From the IMG/VR virus record IMGVR_UViG_3300037419_002082, positions 38,216 to 102,215 of that record: DNA of 64,000 nt; one strand, given 5' to 3'. Position 1 is the stretch's first letter, and each line of letters begins with the position of its first letter. The notes below the pieces were generated by a model. The model saw only the letters and a program-made list of their open reading frames with translations. It did not search any database and was not told where the DNA came from. This DNA is from a virus. The translations under genes were made by a program, and so were the position numbers. Shown here one piece after another: positions 50,866 through 62,540 of this stretch.

Positions 50866-51286
50866 TTAATATTTTTTGTAAAATATTCTTTTATAAAATA
50901 TTTGATAATTTTCTATCATAGTATTATAATAATAATATGATTAATAAAGATTAATTTTAATCTTTGTTAAGCATAAATCATCTCTCAATATGTTCGGACT
51001 TTGGGGATTCACACTAGGTGAGTCCCATTTTTTTTGTTTAAAAATAATTTTAATATTTGTTTTGAAAATGTTTCTAATGGTAATATAATAAGATTAAGAA
51101 ATAAATATTAAATTAAGGGAGATGGGTTAGAATGATTAAAGAAATTCTTCAAAGATATTTGGATAGGGTGGCCCCTCTAGTGGACATGAAAGAAGAAGAA
51201 AAATTAGCTGAAGAGTATCTTGAGTTATTTTCAAGAGGTTCAGAAAATGCCGATTTAAATAAAGAAATAAAAAGGGAGAGTGTAGT

Positions 51287-51652
51287 ATGAATACAGAAGT
51301 TAATAAACCTAAAACCGGTGGATTAATATTTTTAATAGTAATAGTGCTTATTATTATAGGTTCATGTAATATGATGACTAGTGGGCCATCTGATTCAGAA
51401 ATAAGAATTGCTGTAGAAGATGCTATTCAACCTAACTTATATAATCCAAGTGGAGCAGAATTTAGTGGAAGTAGTGATACTACTATAAATGAAAAAGAAG
51501 ATGGAGTTTATATTGTACATGGTTATGTAGAAAGTACTAATGCATTTGGTGCACCAATTAGAAATAATTATCGTGCCACTGTAACAGATGATGATGGCGA
51601 TTTAGATGTATATTTTGAATTACAAAATGCTATAACAGGCGAATGGGAATAA
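51287..51652 (+). CDS. Membrane-anchored hypothetical protein
   Basis: N-terminal TM helix; L.NP..AEF and V.G.V.S.NAFGA motifs. Confidence 0.65.
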   Translation: MNTEVNKPKTGGLIFLIVIVLIIIGSCNMMTSGPSDSEIRIAVEDAIQPNLYNPSGAEFSGSSDTTINEKEDGVYIVHGYVESTNAFGAPIRNNYRATVTDDDGDLDVYFELQNAITGEWE

Positions 51653-51654
51653 GC

Positions 51655-51775
51655 ATTTTAAATTTAGATTTTCAATCCCGGGTTCAGTTTTGAATCCGGG
51701 TTTTATTTTGTCTTTTTAAATTACAGTTGCTATTTCAGATTTAGTTTTCATTTTGGATTTGGATTTTAATTCAGA
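51655..51775. repeat. Degenerate 6-bp-periodic T-tract array (left copy)
   Basis: Units such as ATTTAG, TTTTCA, TTTTGG, ATTTGG, ATTTTA. Confidence 0.55.
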
Positions 51776-51896
51776 AAATTAAATATGAAAAGAGACTCCA
51801 GTCATGATTCTGGAGTCCCTAGAGTAACCCTATTGGATTTTAAATTATCTTCTCGATATCTTATATTAGATTAATTTAAAATAAACAGAAGGATAT

Positions 51897-52715
51897 TTAA
51901 ATTGAATCCGAATAACCATAAGGTTTAGGACTACAATCTACAGCGGAATCATTTGCATAGTCTACATTTACATAATATTGTTTAGGTTTAATAAAATGAT
52001 ACCACAAATGTGTTTCACCTCTTTTTACTACTGATACACTATGAAGCTCATACCCTTGCTGTAAAATTTCATTTACTTGCTCTTCTTTTGGGTCAATCAA
52101 TTTTTTATAAGTACTCATTTCCATCACTCCTTTTTGGGTAAAACTGTCGAGTCAAAATTTGCAACGTGTTTGCCGCCCACGACGACTTCCGGGTAAAACT
52201 GCTGAGGTACTTTTTGCAACGCGTTAGTGTATATCTACCCACCCGTGCATGCAAGTGCAATTGTTAAATGTATCGTTCTTTCCTGCAAAGGAAATCTGTG
52301 GAAGGCTTGTCTCCTAAAATGCGTACCATAGTTGTTTGTTGTGGATTATACAGTACTGTTAACCCAAAACATGCTTCTGGAATTTGGTAACTCATTTCTA
52401 GGTAAAGTTCTGTTATACCTTTTGTATTGACGGAAAGATATTTAGGTGGAATGTTTTGTTTCCTTAATTCTGCAATTTCTTTATGGATAAGTTTAGTAAT
52501 ATCCATACTTACACCTCTTTGTAAGTAGTTGTAACTTGGATAATTTTTGCATTTACTTCTTCTTCCAACCACTTACAAACATCTCCTAATCCAATACTGC
52601 ATGCATCATTTATATCTTTGGATAAGCTTAGTTTATATGCACTTGGATATATTGCACTAACATACATATTTCCAACTTTAGCAATATATTTTGTATTATC
52701 TTTCACAATTATCAC
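51897..52715 (-). CDS. Three small minus-strand hypothetical genes (51897-52124, 52264-52506, 52509-52715)
   Basis: RBSs present; GTGAAAC-class promoter at about 52765. Confidence 0.5.
52136..52225 (+). repeat. Two copies of GGGTAAAACTGYYGAG-N13-CGYGTT, 55 bp apart
   Basis: Copies start at 52136 and 52191 within a GC-rich intergenic patch. Confidence 0.8.
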
Positions 52716-52789
52716 CTCATAATAATTATATCATAGTATGTAGCTAGGAATTTCTAGAGTTTCATTTTCTTCTTATTATATAGATGATT

Positions 52790-53010
52790 TAAGATCAATA
52801 ATTTCTACCCAATTTGTTACACTTAGTGTTACAATAGTGGAACAATAATCAAACATATTTATATAATGTCTCCATATTTAAATATCTAGGTCTTATATTG
52901 GAACACCAGTGGAAATTAAATATTGAAAGATGAATCATTATAAATCTAATTTCATTTAAATAACAATGTTGAAACCTTAAATTTTAGAATCAATTTCTTC
53001 TTATATAATA
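52790..53010 (+). repeat. ~230-bp intergenic repeat, copy 1
   Basis: ACACTTAGTGTT..AGTGGAACA...GGAACACCAGTGGAAAT...ATCTAA...AATGTT. Confidence 0.7.
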
Positions 53011-53270
53011 GAAGAAAAAAGAAATTAAATAAATGATTTTAATTTGATTCATTTGGTTATATAATAAGAATATCAAAAAGAAAGAGAGATGATTTATAGA
53101 AATGAAAAAATCAGAGATTCAAGTAAAAATCTTTGAGTATCAAGAAAAAATTTCTAAGTATCAATCTTTATTAAGGAGAGGTCATTCCAATCCATCAGAA
53201 TTAAGAAATGCAGTTATTGATTATCGTATTGAAATTAAAAAGTTAGAAAAATTATTGGAGGTATGCTAAA

Positions 53271-53543
53271 ATGAATTTAAATATTCCTAAAAAAGGCGCT
53301 AATAAAAAAGGTGAGGAGTTATTCAATCACCAAGTAAGATTAACTGGAGAAAAAACTATTAAATTTGCAAGAGTTAGAGAAGTTCTTGGTGGTTATAGTG
53401 CAGCAGAATTATTAGAAATTTTGGTTGATATGGCAATTGAACAATATAATGATGGAACTAATCCTAATCCAGATTTACTTCCTAAAGGTTTAGAATTACC
53501 AAAGCCTGAAATTAAAGAAGAGGAGGCTGAACAAAATGCTTAA
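53271..53543 (+). CDS. RHH-like small DNA-binding protein
   Basis: HQVRL strand followed by two helices (SAAELLEILVD). Confidence 0.45.
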   Translation: MNLNIPKKGANKKGEELFNHQVRLTGEKTIKFARVREVLGGYSAAELLEILVDMAIEQYNDGTNPNPDLLPKGLELPKPEIKEEEAEQNA

Positions 53544-54066
53544 AGCCGGAATTGAAATTATTTCCACTGGAGAGATTACTTGGATTCCTATTCCAAATGG
53601 AGATTTAAGTTCTGCAATTTCAGATTTTACAGAAGGAAAAGATTGGGAATGTACTTATATAACTGGGGTTAAAGAAAACGGTATTACAATGTTTCCTAAT
53701 AACAATTTTTATAAATGTAATCTTCACGATTTTAATCAAATGTTACTTCAAGCAAACGATTTTCAATATACAGATGAAAATCTTGCAGTATTAAATCTTA
53801 TGTTAGAACATTGTAATTATGATTGTGATGATGTAGTAACGTATTATGAAGGGGATTGTTTTAAGGTTTACAGAGGCGTAGTAGATATGGGTCAAGTTGC
53901 ATATGAATATTTAGAGCAGAGTGAATGGATATGGTATACATCACTAAAAAATAATGAATTGCTTGGTTACTTTGACTTTAAATCTTATGGAGAAGAAATA
54001 CTTGGAGCAGAAAATACTTGGTTACAAGATAAAAATTATAAAATCATAGTGGAGGTGTATGAATAA
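53536..54066 (+). CDS. ardA: ArdA-like antirestriction protein
   Basis: Acidic; C-terminal DMGQVAYEYLE...LLGYFDFKSYGEEI resembles the ArdA YFDYE.YGRD motif. Confidence 0.7.
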   Translation: MLKAGIEIISTGEITWIPIPNGDLSSAISDFTEGKDWECTYITGVKENGITMFPNNNFYKCNLHDFNQMLLQANDFQYTDENLAVLNLMLEHCNYDCDDVVTYYEGDCFKVYRGVVDMGQVAYEYLEQSEWIWYTSLKNNELLGYFDFKSYGEEILGAENTWLQDKNYKIIVEVYE

Positions 54067-57000
54067 TGGAAGTTAAAGCAATTAATTCTGTTAGTTATCC
54101 TCTTATTGTAGAAGTTTTTGATGCAAGTGATGAAAACATTAAAGCTAGAGCAGGTTCCGCTTTAAAAGATTCAAAAGAGTATGTTGGTAATAAAAAACCT
54201 AGACAATATAAAGTGTACTATGACCCAAAAAAAGAAGACTATTACTTCAAGATTTATAATCGCAAATTTTATATGAACGATACATTGAGGGTTTAACACC
54301 CTCTTTTTTTTAAGTTTCAAATATGTTTTTATATGGATTATAATTGTATTATAATAATAATAGATAAATAAAAGAAAGAAGGGATAAATTCATGGCAGAG
54401 TTTTGGGATAAAGAGAAATTGGTTAAGGAAGTAGAAATTAATGACAAAAACAAAATTGTCATTAAGAAAGTAAGTAAAAGTAAAAATGAATATGTTGATG
54501 TTAGAAAATGGTATTTAGATACTAAATCTGGTGAATGGAAACCAGGTAAAGGTATTGCTGTTCCTGATGATTTAGTTGATGAAATTGCAGATATTATGAT
54601 GGAATCGGGTGGAATTAAATTATAATTGAATTTGTATCTATTCTGTAATATAATTATCTTATTCTAAATAAAGAAAGAGGTTGATATTGTGGCACTGCAT
54701 CAAGGAGAAAAAACTATGTTTCGTGTCTTAATTACCCAATTTAATCCAGATGGTTCTATTAAAGAAGTTAATGGAGTTAAACAAATTGGTGGCGTTGTTT
54801 TCGATAGAATAGGTGAAGCATTAGGTCATGTTTACGATGAATCTAAATATGATGCTAGTTATAATCGTAAAAAAGAGAATTATGTTGAAGATTGGTATAG
54901 GAGTGAAAAATAATGTCAAGTAGAATTGTTAAGAAAATACGTAAAGCTACAAATAAAAGTGCAAAAATTGCTTCTTTATCCGCAATCCAAATTCAAAAGT
55001 TAAAAGAATACGAAAACGAAATGGGAGTGATTTTAATTGCCTATGAAAAATCAAAAGAAATTTCCAGATAAAGACATTTTGGAACTATTCCAAGAATTTG
55101 AGGAGAATGGTTATGTTGAACATATCTGTCCTGATTGTGGAAGTGAATGTCTTCCATCGGAAATTGATAGTCAAACTGCCTATTGCGAGAATTGCGAAGA
55201 AACGAAAACATTCAAACCAGTGATATAATTCACTGGTTTTTTATTTTGTTTTATTTTCTTTATCTATGTATTATAATATAAATATAATATAAATAGAGGG
55301 GTGATAAAAATGAAAATTCATGGAAATAAAGGAAAAGTAATGTCAGATGAACAAAAAGAATTATTAAGTAAATTGGCAAAGGATAGAGTAAAAAATCCCG
55401 AATATAAAAAGAAACTTTTAGAATGGGCAAAAAAAGGTAGACAAAATAGAGTATATGGAGAAGATTTTAAAAGAAAAATGAGTATACTCCATAAAGGTAA
55501 AATTATTCCAGAACATCAAAGAAAAATAAATTCAGAAGTACAAAAGAAAATTATGTCTGGAGAAGGAAACAGACAATGTAAAATAAAAATAGAACATGCA
55601 AAAATAATAAAAGAATTGATTTTAAAGTATGTAAATAAATCAGTATCTATGAAAGAATTAGATATTTTTGTTTCGGAGGATTTTAGTAATAATTATGGAA
55701 TAGAAATAAAACCAAGAAGTGTATTTGAAATAAGAAAAGGACATCATTATTCTTGTAAGGAAATTGGATGTTTAAAAGACTGGATAAAAAAATAATATGA
55801 AATATATTGATAATTGTAATCATTTAGTTATATAATAGAAAATGAAGAAAGAAAGAAATTTCTTCATAAAAAATTATATATGGAAAGAGGGATTGGAATG
55901 GTAAATGTTCCGAAAAGAAAATCTCAGTATTTGGATGCAGCACCTACATTGGATAAAGTGGAAGAATTAATTAAAATTCAAAAGTTTATAGGTGATGTGA
56001 AAATTGAAGATGTCAAAGTAACGATCTTACAATGGGGAGATAAACTAGAAAGAACACTTAAAGATTTTCCACCAGACCATTTAGATGGAGAAGAATCCGC
56101 AATAGAATATGTAGACAATCTTCTTTATACAATGGAATTAAATCCACCTGAAGAAGTAATTCTTACTCTTCCAAATGGAAATGAATTATATGTAACAGAT
56201 AATTCAGAATACAATAATATTTTGGATGAGTGTATTGATGTATCAGATAAACTAAATGATTGTATTGATTCTCTTCGCTCCGGAAATAAATTAGATGAAA
56301 CGCAAGAATCTTTTCTAAAAATGCATAATATATTAGAATAGATTAATGGAGAGAAGATGTTTAAAACATCTTCTTTTTTTTGTTATATAATAGTAATATA
56401 ATAAATATATGAAAAAATTATATAGAAATGAGATGATTTAGTTGAAAAAGATTTTAGTTAAAAAAGAAGAAAAATGGACAGTAATTTATCCGATTCTAGT
56501 TTGCAGTTTAGCTTGGTTAGTATGTTGGGGAATCTTTAAATAATGGGTCGTTATCGTTCATTCTATGGAGGAAAGAATACTGGAATAGGAATTGGAATAT
56601 TTTTTCTAGTTATTGTATTTTTCCCAATTGTCGGTGGATTCTTTGGATTTTTAAATTGGTTTATTGAACATATAGTATGGTTTATAGTTCTTGCAGTAAT
56701 ATTATTCTTTGTTAAAGTTGGATTAGATGTTTGGTTACAAGAAGAAGAAGGAGATGAGTAATATGAGTCAGTATCCAAATAAAAAAATAGATGCAGTTGA
56801 AATTATTGCGGATTTAGAAGGATTTGTAGAAAAATTTAGGGATTTATATGAAGATGCAAGAAATTTAGCAGATAGTTTAAAGATGGTGGATTTAAATAGA
56901 GAATCAGAACAAATGAAATTATATCTTGTAAATAGAATGGAATCATTCTTGGAAGGAAGAGAAATGTTTAAATTTGAGAATTTAGAAAAAGAATTAAAAG

Positions 57001-60000
57001 AAATTCTTGTAGAAGGAGATGAATAATATGAAAGTAAAAGTTAAATTGGAAATTAGAAGATATGTTGAGGAAATATATTGGATAGATGAGGAAGTAGAAA
57101 TTCCAGAAGGAACAGAAGATATTGAGGAATATTTGCAATATGGTGGAGTAAAATATGATGAAGATAATTCACAAATAACAATACAAGAAGAAGAATTTAA
57201 AATTGAAAAATTGGAGGTAGTGGAATGAAAAAAGTTCGTATTAGTAGTAGAGGACATATGATTGTAGAAATTTATTATGATGCAGGGATTGAAATTGAAG
57301 TTCCAGAAGATATGGACGAATCAGAAGTAGAAGAATTTGTAAATAATAATGAAGATTTAAAAGAACAATTTAATAATGCAGTTAGGGAACAATTACAATC
57401 TATACATGATGATTTAACAGAAAAATTTGGTAGCGATGGATATGATGAAGAAGGTGGATACGATGAAATTTGGGTAGAGGAAATTAATGGAGAAGATGGA
57501 GATGAGTAATCATCTTCTTTTTTTTGTTTAAAAATATCATATCTAGAATTATCATATATTGTTTACACTAAGTGTTCCGAAAGTGGAACAATAGTGGAAC
57601 ATTTCTTCTCCAAAAGATCAATGTTTCATATATGAGTGATTCTATCGGAACACAGGTGGAAATTAGATTTAATTTCATGAATGATATATCATCTAAATTG
57701 ATTTAAATTTAAATGTTTAAAATCTATTTTATATGTCTTATAATTGTATTATAATAAAAGAAAAAAGAAAGAGATGATTATATGAAATTGTTAGTTATTG
57801 AAGAAATTGAATTGTTTCATAAAGATGGATTTAATTTAATTGTTCCAGAAAACTCTATTATTGAAGGAAGATTTAATGGTGATGTTTGGGAATTAGAATA
57901 TAATGGAATAGAATATTGGCAATATAATTATTCAATTGAAGATTCTATTTGTCCAGTAAATGAAGAAACAATTTATGAGAAGGAGGTAAAATAATGATGT
58001 TTAATCCAATTAAATTAGAAAAACCAACAGTTTCATTTGGTGGAGTTACTTCTTATTCTTTAAATGAAACTCCAGAAGAGATTCAAAACTTAGAAAAAGG
58101 TTATTACTCAGTAGATGGTTTTGAGTTTAGAGTTGAAAAAGAAATATATAGTAATGTACCATATGAAAATATCCTTTTTCCAATGAGCCAAAAAGGTAAT
58201 CCAATTATGAGATGGATTGATGCTAAATGGGAAAAAGAACAGTACGAAAAAGATTGGGCAGAAGCAATAGAAATTAATGAATGGATTAATGATTTAAATA
58301 ATCCACTTATTTTTGGAGAAGACGGTAAAGCTCATTTAAAGAAATGGAATGGAAAAGAAATTTACATTGAAAAAAGTGAAATCTTCGATGGCATCTATGA
58401 TGTTTTCGTTGATAACAAACCATATATAGATTTATGGGAACATGAAGATGGGTATTCTTGTCATGATGGTTATGAATTTTACAGGAAATCTTCTAATCCA
58501 AAAATAGCAATTGGGAATATGTTAGAGTCTTGTTTCCCTAGTTCTGATGGTTACGAACAAAGTTGTTCAAGTTGCGGCGATGGAGGTTGCTTCCATTGCG
58601 AACCACATAGATTTATTTAGAAGAGATAACACTCTTCTTTTTTTTGTTTTTATTAGTTATATAATTGTATTATAATAAGATTATCAAATATTAAAGAAAG
58701 AGGGATATTAAATGTTGTTAAGTAAATATGAAGAATGTACAACTTGTGATGGCTATGGTACTGTTGAAGATGTTGCAAATGATTCTCTTTTTGAATGCTC
58801 GGTTTGCCATGGTCGTGGAGAAATTGAAATTCTTATTGGAGAAGATGAAATAGTTTATGTTAATGTCTATGAAATTACAAGAGAATACGGTGGTCCTGAA
58901 GAAGGTGGATGGTGGTATAATAGATTAAGATGTCTTGAAACTTATCCAGTAAGAAATAAAAATTCCGAATTAATGCAAGAACAACTTGAAAAAGATTATG
59001 CACATATTAAACAGGGTAATATTTATTCCGTATTAGGTGGAACAGAGCTTAATGTATATATTGAAGAAAGACCAAAACAATCAGAGACAAAGGAGCGACC
59101 ACATTATGAATAAAATAATTTGCAGTAATTGTGGTAAACAGGAAAATCAAAAAGCATCAATGGATGGAGTATGTGTAAAGTGTTGGAATAGAAAAACTAA
59201 ATTAGTAAGAGTAAAATAATGGAGAAGAGTTTTAAACTCTTCTTTTTTTTTGTTTATTTTTCTAGAGATTAAAGATCATTAAATTTCACACTAAAATGTT
59301 AACAAAAGTCTACAAAAGTGGAACGATTTTGGAACATATCTTATCCATAATAGATAATGTTAGAAATTATAGTAAAATATCGGAACACAGGTGTAAATTA
59401 TCTTTTTATTTTCTTATCATATATCATCTAAATTGATTTAAATTCCAATGTTTTAAATCTCTTTTATATGTATTATAATTGTATTATAATATAAATATCT
59501 TAATGAAAGAGAGATGATTATATGGAGATTCAATCTGTAGTATGGAGAGATTTAAAATCCAGTGAGCAGATTAAAATTTTCAATGGTAAGATGCTATTAG
59601 AATTAGAAGAATATCTTGGAAATGATGATTTTCACATTATTGGTGTTATGAACGATGGAGTAGAAAAAATTGTTATTAATTTAACTGGTTATCGTGAGCA
59701 TTTAGAAAATAATCTTGGTGTTGGTTATTCAAGTTATTATGATGAAGACCAAGAAATGAGAATATATTTTGCAGATAAAGAAGATTTAGATAAGGTATTT
59801 ACTGCAGTAAAATCTATATTTCAATTACATGGTTTTAATGTTCATCAAGTAAAATCAACTTGCATTGATTTAGAAGATTTTTCAGTTAATATTAGAGTGG
59901 AGGTTTTAGTAATGCCTAAATGCCCAGTATGCAAACAAAATGATCTTTTGGAAGAGGGAGCAAATGCTTTATCTAGAAAAGATAATGAAACAGAAATTTG

Positions 60001-61757
60001 TAGTGATTGTGGTAGAAAAGAAGCAATGGAAGAACTTGCAGCATATGAAAAAGAATTGCAAGATTTATAGAAGAGTTTTAAACTCTTCTTTTTTTTGTTT
60101 GATAAAAGATTCTAATGGGATTATAATAAGAATATGAAATTAAATCATAAATAATTAATTGGAGATGATTTTAGTGGTAGAAGAAAAAATTGATTGGATG
60201 TTATTAGAAGATTTAAATATGTCAGTTTATCATGAAATGCAAAGTAATAGATTGGTTGTTGAAGTAATTAATTATTTAAGTCAAAAGTATATGCAAAGAT
60301 ATAATCTTCCTAAATTTTATGTTGTTGAAGCAGTAAATGAATATATTGAAGCAGAAAGAAAAATGAAAATATGTGAAGCAACAAATCATGGGAATGGTCG
60401 CTATATTGTAAGTGATGATTATGGTGGTCCGGAATCAGGTTATATGGGTTATCATTGTAAAAAATGTGGTTTCTCTGCTGGAAGACAATTATATTAGGAG
60501 GTAGTATTTATGGAAAAGAAAATATTTAATTTAGCAACTCATATTCCACAAAATTTAACGGTTTACGAATTCCTAACAGAATTAAATGAAAAGCAACTAA
60601 AAGAAATGAAAGAAATGATTGCAGAAGTTGAATTAAATTTAAAAAGAGCTTTGTATTTTCGTGAAGGTTTAGATGATTTAATAGAAGAGCAAACATATTA
60701 TCGTTGGGAATTTAATGAATGTTATGATGAAGGTGGAGAAAATCTCTGGTATGTATGTAAAGATTATCTTCATGAAGGGCATGGAATAATTCTTAATAGG
60801 TATATTCCAGAAAATACATGGACTATTCAATTTCAATCCTTGTTATTAAAATATGATAAATATCCTGGAGACACAAGGCATTATCTTAAAATAGATGAAT
60901 ACGTTATTAATGAAGAAGATGTTAATGCAGCAGTAATACATGCAGAGAAATATATTAAAGAACATAAAGAAGAATTGGAGAGAATATAATGCGATGGCTT
61001 TATTGGATTAGAACATTTAAAAGCAACGAAGATTTTGAAGGACATGAGGATAGGTTCCAAACAATAGAGGAATTAGAAGATGCAATTAAAAAAGTAAATA
61101 ATCTTTTATATGAAGGTAAAATTGTTGATTTTGAAGTTTGTGATTATTAGAATCCTTATGGATTCTTTTTTTTGTCAGATCAATTGTTACACAGGTGGAA
61201 ATGAAATTAATAATCTAATATCTCTATTCATCTAAATTCCATTAAAATCAAATGTTTTATTTCTATTTTCAATGTTTTATAATTGTATTATAATAAGATT
61301 ATGAAATTGATAAATAAATAGGGAGATGATTTAATGGAGGTTCTATTCCAAGAATTTGCAATGGTAATTGTTTCTACAATGATTGCATTAGGATTAAGGA
61401 AAAGAGTTTAATCTCTTTTCTTTTTTTTTGTTTGAAATATGATTCTCTAGGGATTATAATAATAATATAGAAATAAATCATAAATAATTAATTGGAGATG
61501 ATATTGTGAATAAGAAATATTATTGTTCATTTGAAAGAAAAGTTACAGAAAAGGTAATTGAAAGAGCATGGACTGATAGTCCTGATGCTAATTCTGATGG
61601 TTACATTGATTATCTTAAAAGTAAATTAGGAGAATATGATTCAATTGCAGCAGCACAATTTGATTCTTATGAAGAAGCAGAAAAATATTACTCATTAAGA
61701 TATCCAAGAGCTTGGAAGGAAGATGATATTAAAATTGGTGTTAGGAGGATTAAATAA
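54066..61757 (+). CDS. Array of small early-type hypothetical genes (54066, 54689, 55037, 55898, 56543, 56754, 57019, 57225, 57782, 57994, 58712, 59522, 60159, 60510, 61506 and shorter ORFs)
   Basis: Short, mostly acidic or zinc-finger ORFs in 1-4 gene units, each with a promoter, RBS and terminator. Confidence 0.6.
54392..54625 (+). CDS. PC4/YdbC-family ssDNA-binding protein
   Basis: YVDVRKWY...WKPGKGIAV. Confidence 0.85.
   Translation: MAEFWDKEKLVKEVEINDKNKIVIKKVSKSKNEYVDVRKWYLDTKSGEWKPGKGIAVPDDLVDEIADIMMESGGIKL
55301..55795 (+). CDS. NUMOD3-repeat DNA-binding protein (no nuclease domain evident)
   Basis: KGKVMSDEQKELLS and KRKMSILHKGKIIPEHQRK repeats. Confidence 0.6.
   Translation: MIKMKIHGNKGKVMSDEQKELLSKLAKDRVKNPEYKKKLLEWAKKGRQNRVYGEDFKRKMSILHKGKIIPEHQRKINSEVQKKIMSGEGNRQCKIKIEHAKIIKELILKYVNKSVSMKELDIFVSEDFSNNYGIEIKPRSVFEIRKGHHYSCKEIGCLKDWIKK
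57555..57785 (+). repeat. ~230-bp intergenic repeat, copy 2
   Basis: ACACTAAGTGTTCCGAAAGTGGAACA...TCGGAACACAGGTGGAAAT...CATCTAAATTGATTTAAATT...TATAATTGTATTATAAT. Confidence 0.8.
59280..59525 (+). repeat. ~230-bp intergenic repeat, copy 3
   Basis: AAAGTGGAAC...TCGGAACACAGGTG...CATCTAAATTGATTTAAATT...TATAATTGTATTATAAT...GAGATGATTATATG. Confidence 0.8.
60069..60127 (+). promoter_or_regulatory. Terminator fused to a sigma-A-type promoter (TTGATA-N17-TATAAT), representative of the early cassettes
   Basis: AGAAGAG-TTTTAAA-CTCTTCT plus U-tract, immediately followed by TGTTTGATA-N17-TATAAT. Confidence 0.7.
61178..61300 (+). repeat. Internally deleted copy 4 of the intergenic repeat
   Basis: GATCAATTGTTACACAGGTGGAAAT...CATCTAAATT...TATAATTGTATTATAAT. 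Confidence 0.65.
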
Positions 61758-61964
61758 TGGGATATATTGGGAGTATTTACGAAAAGTTGGATAAATTGGA
61801 AAAGAGAATTGATGCACTAAATCATATTCTAAGCACTGAAGATGATGAAACAGAAAGAAAAGAAATTGAAGAGGAATTGGATAAAGTATACACTGAATAT
61901 CATAAATTAATGGACTCTTAGGAGTTCTTTTTTTTGGATTAAAAAATAACAAAAAAAGGAGAGA

Positions 61965-62375
61965 TTACTCCCCTTCGTAAAATGATTTAGGAACCCAAGA
62001 ACCGTCTTCTGCTTTAACCATATCTTCTGTTTTAACAGTTTTAGGTTCTTCAATTGGATAAGAATAAATTACTTTAACATTTTCAATATCATCTGCAACA
62101 CCTTCATTAAATGTAACTTCAATCTTATCTCCAATTTTCATATAAGGAAGAGTTCCATCTTGGATAAGAAATATTCCTGCATTATCAGGAGTTCCTTTTC
62201 CGATAATAGTACCGGTAATTTCTTTTTCAAATATGTTAGTAATTTCATATTTGAATTTTGTATCTGGGTGATGAACAATAATTTGAGGAACATCTTCTAC
62301 TTGTGGAACATCAGGAACTCCTAATAGAGTGGAAACTCCTAAAATAACTTCTGAAAATAATTCTCCTAATCTCAT
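61965..62375 (-). CDS. Hypothetical protein
   Basis: Likely start MRLGE. The longer ORF-track N-terminus is a translation of the 6-bp repeat and promoter DNA. Confidence 0.55.
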   Translation of the reverse strand: MRLGELFSEVILGVSTLLGVPDVPQVEDVPQIIVHHPDTKFKYEITNIFEKEITGTIIGKGTPDNAGIFLIQDGTLPYMKIGDKIEVTFNEGVADDIENVKVIYSYPIEEPKTVKTEDMVKAEDGSWVPKSFYEGE

Positions 62376-62445
62376 AATTATCCCCATTTCATATTTAATT
62401 TTTAATTTCATATTCTTATTATATAACCTGAATTTAAATTTGGAA

Positions 62446-62540
62446 ATCAATTTTCGTTTTCGATTTTGATTTTTGTTTTTCAATTTGGATTTTGTTTTAG
62501 ATTTTAGTTTTGGATTTAGTTTTAAGATTTTGTTTTAGAT
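62446..62540. repeat. 6-bp-periodic T-tract array (right copy)
   Basis: GTTTTC, GATTTT, GATTTT...TTAGAT, TTTAGT, TTTGGA, TTTAGT. Confidence 0.65.

Noticed and set aside
52136-52225. Mini-CRISPR array
   Set aside because: Only two imperfect units, with internal variation and no leader or regular spacers.
57560-57600. LexA (GAAC-N4-GTTC) boxes or a dif site in the intergenic repeats
   Set aside because: The half-sites are in the opposite order (GTTCC-N6-GGAAC), and the resemblance to the Bacillus dif arm is only partial.
1138-61952. Numerous short antisense or alternate-frame ORFs in the track (for example 1138, 1817, 3242, 8532, 14819, 17933, 27132, 39607, 46136, 50194, 56994, 61695)
   Set aside because: They are shadows of longer, motif-supported genes and lack RBSs.
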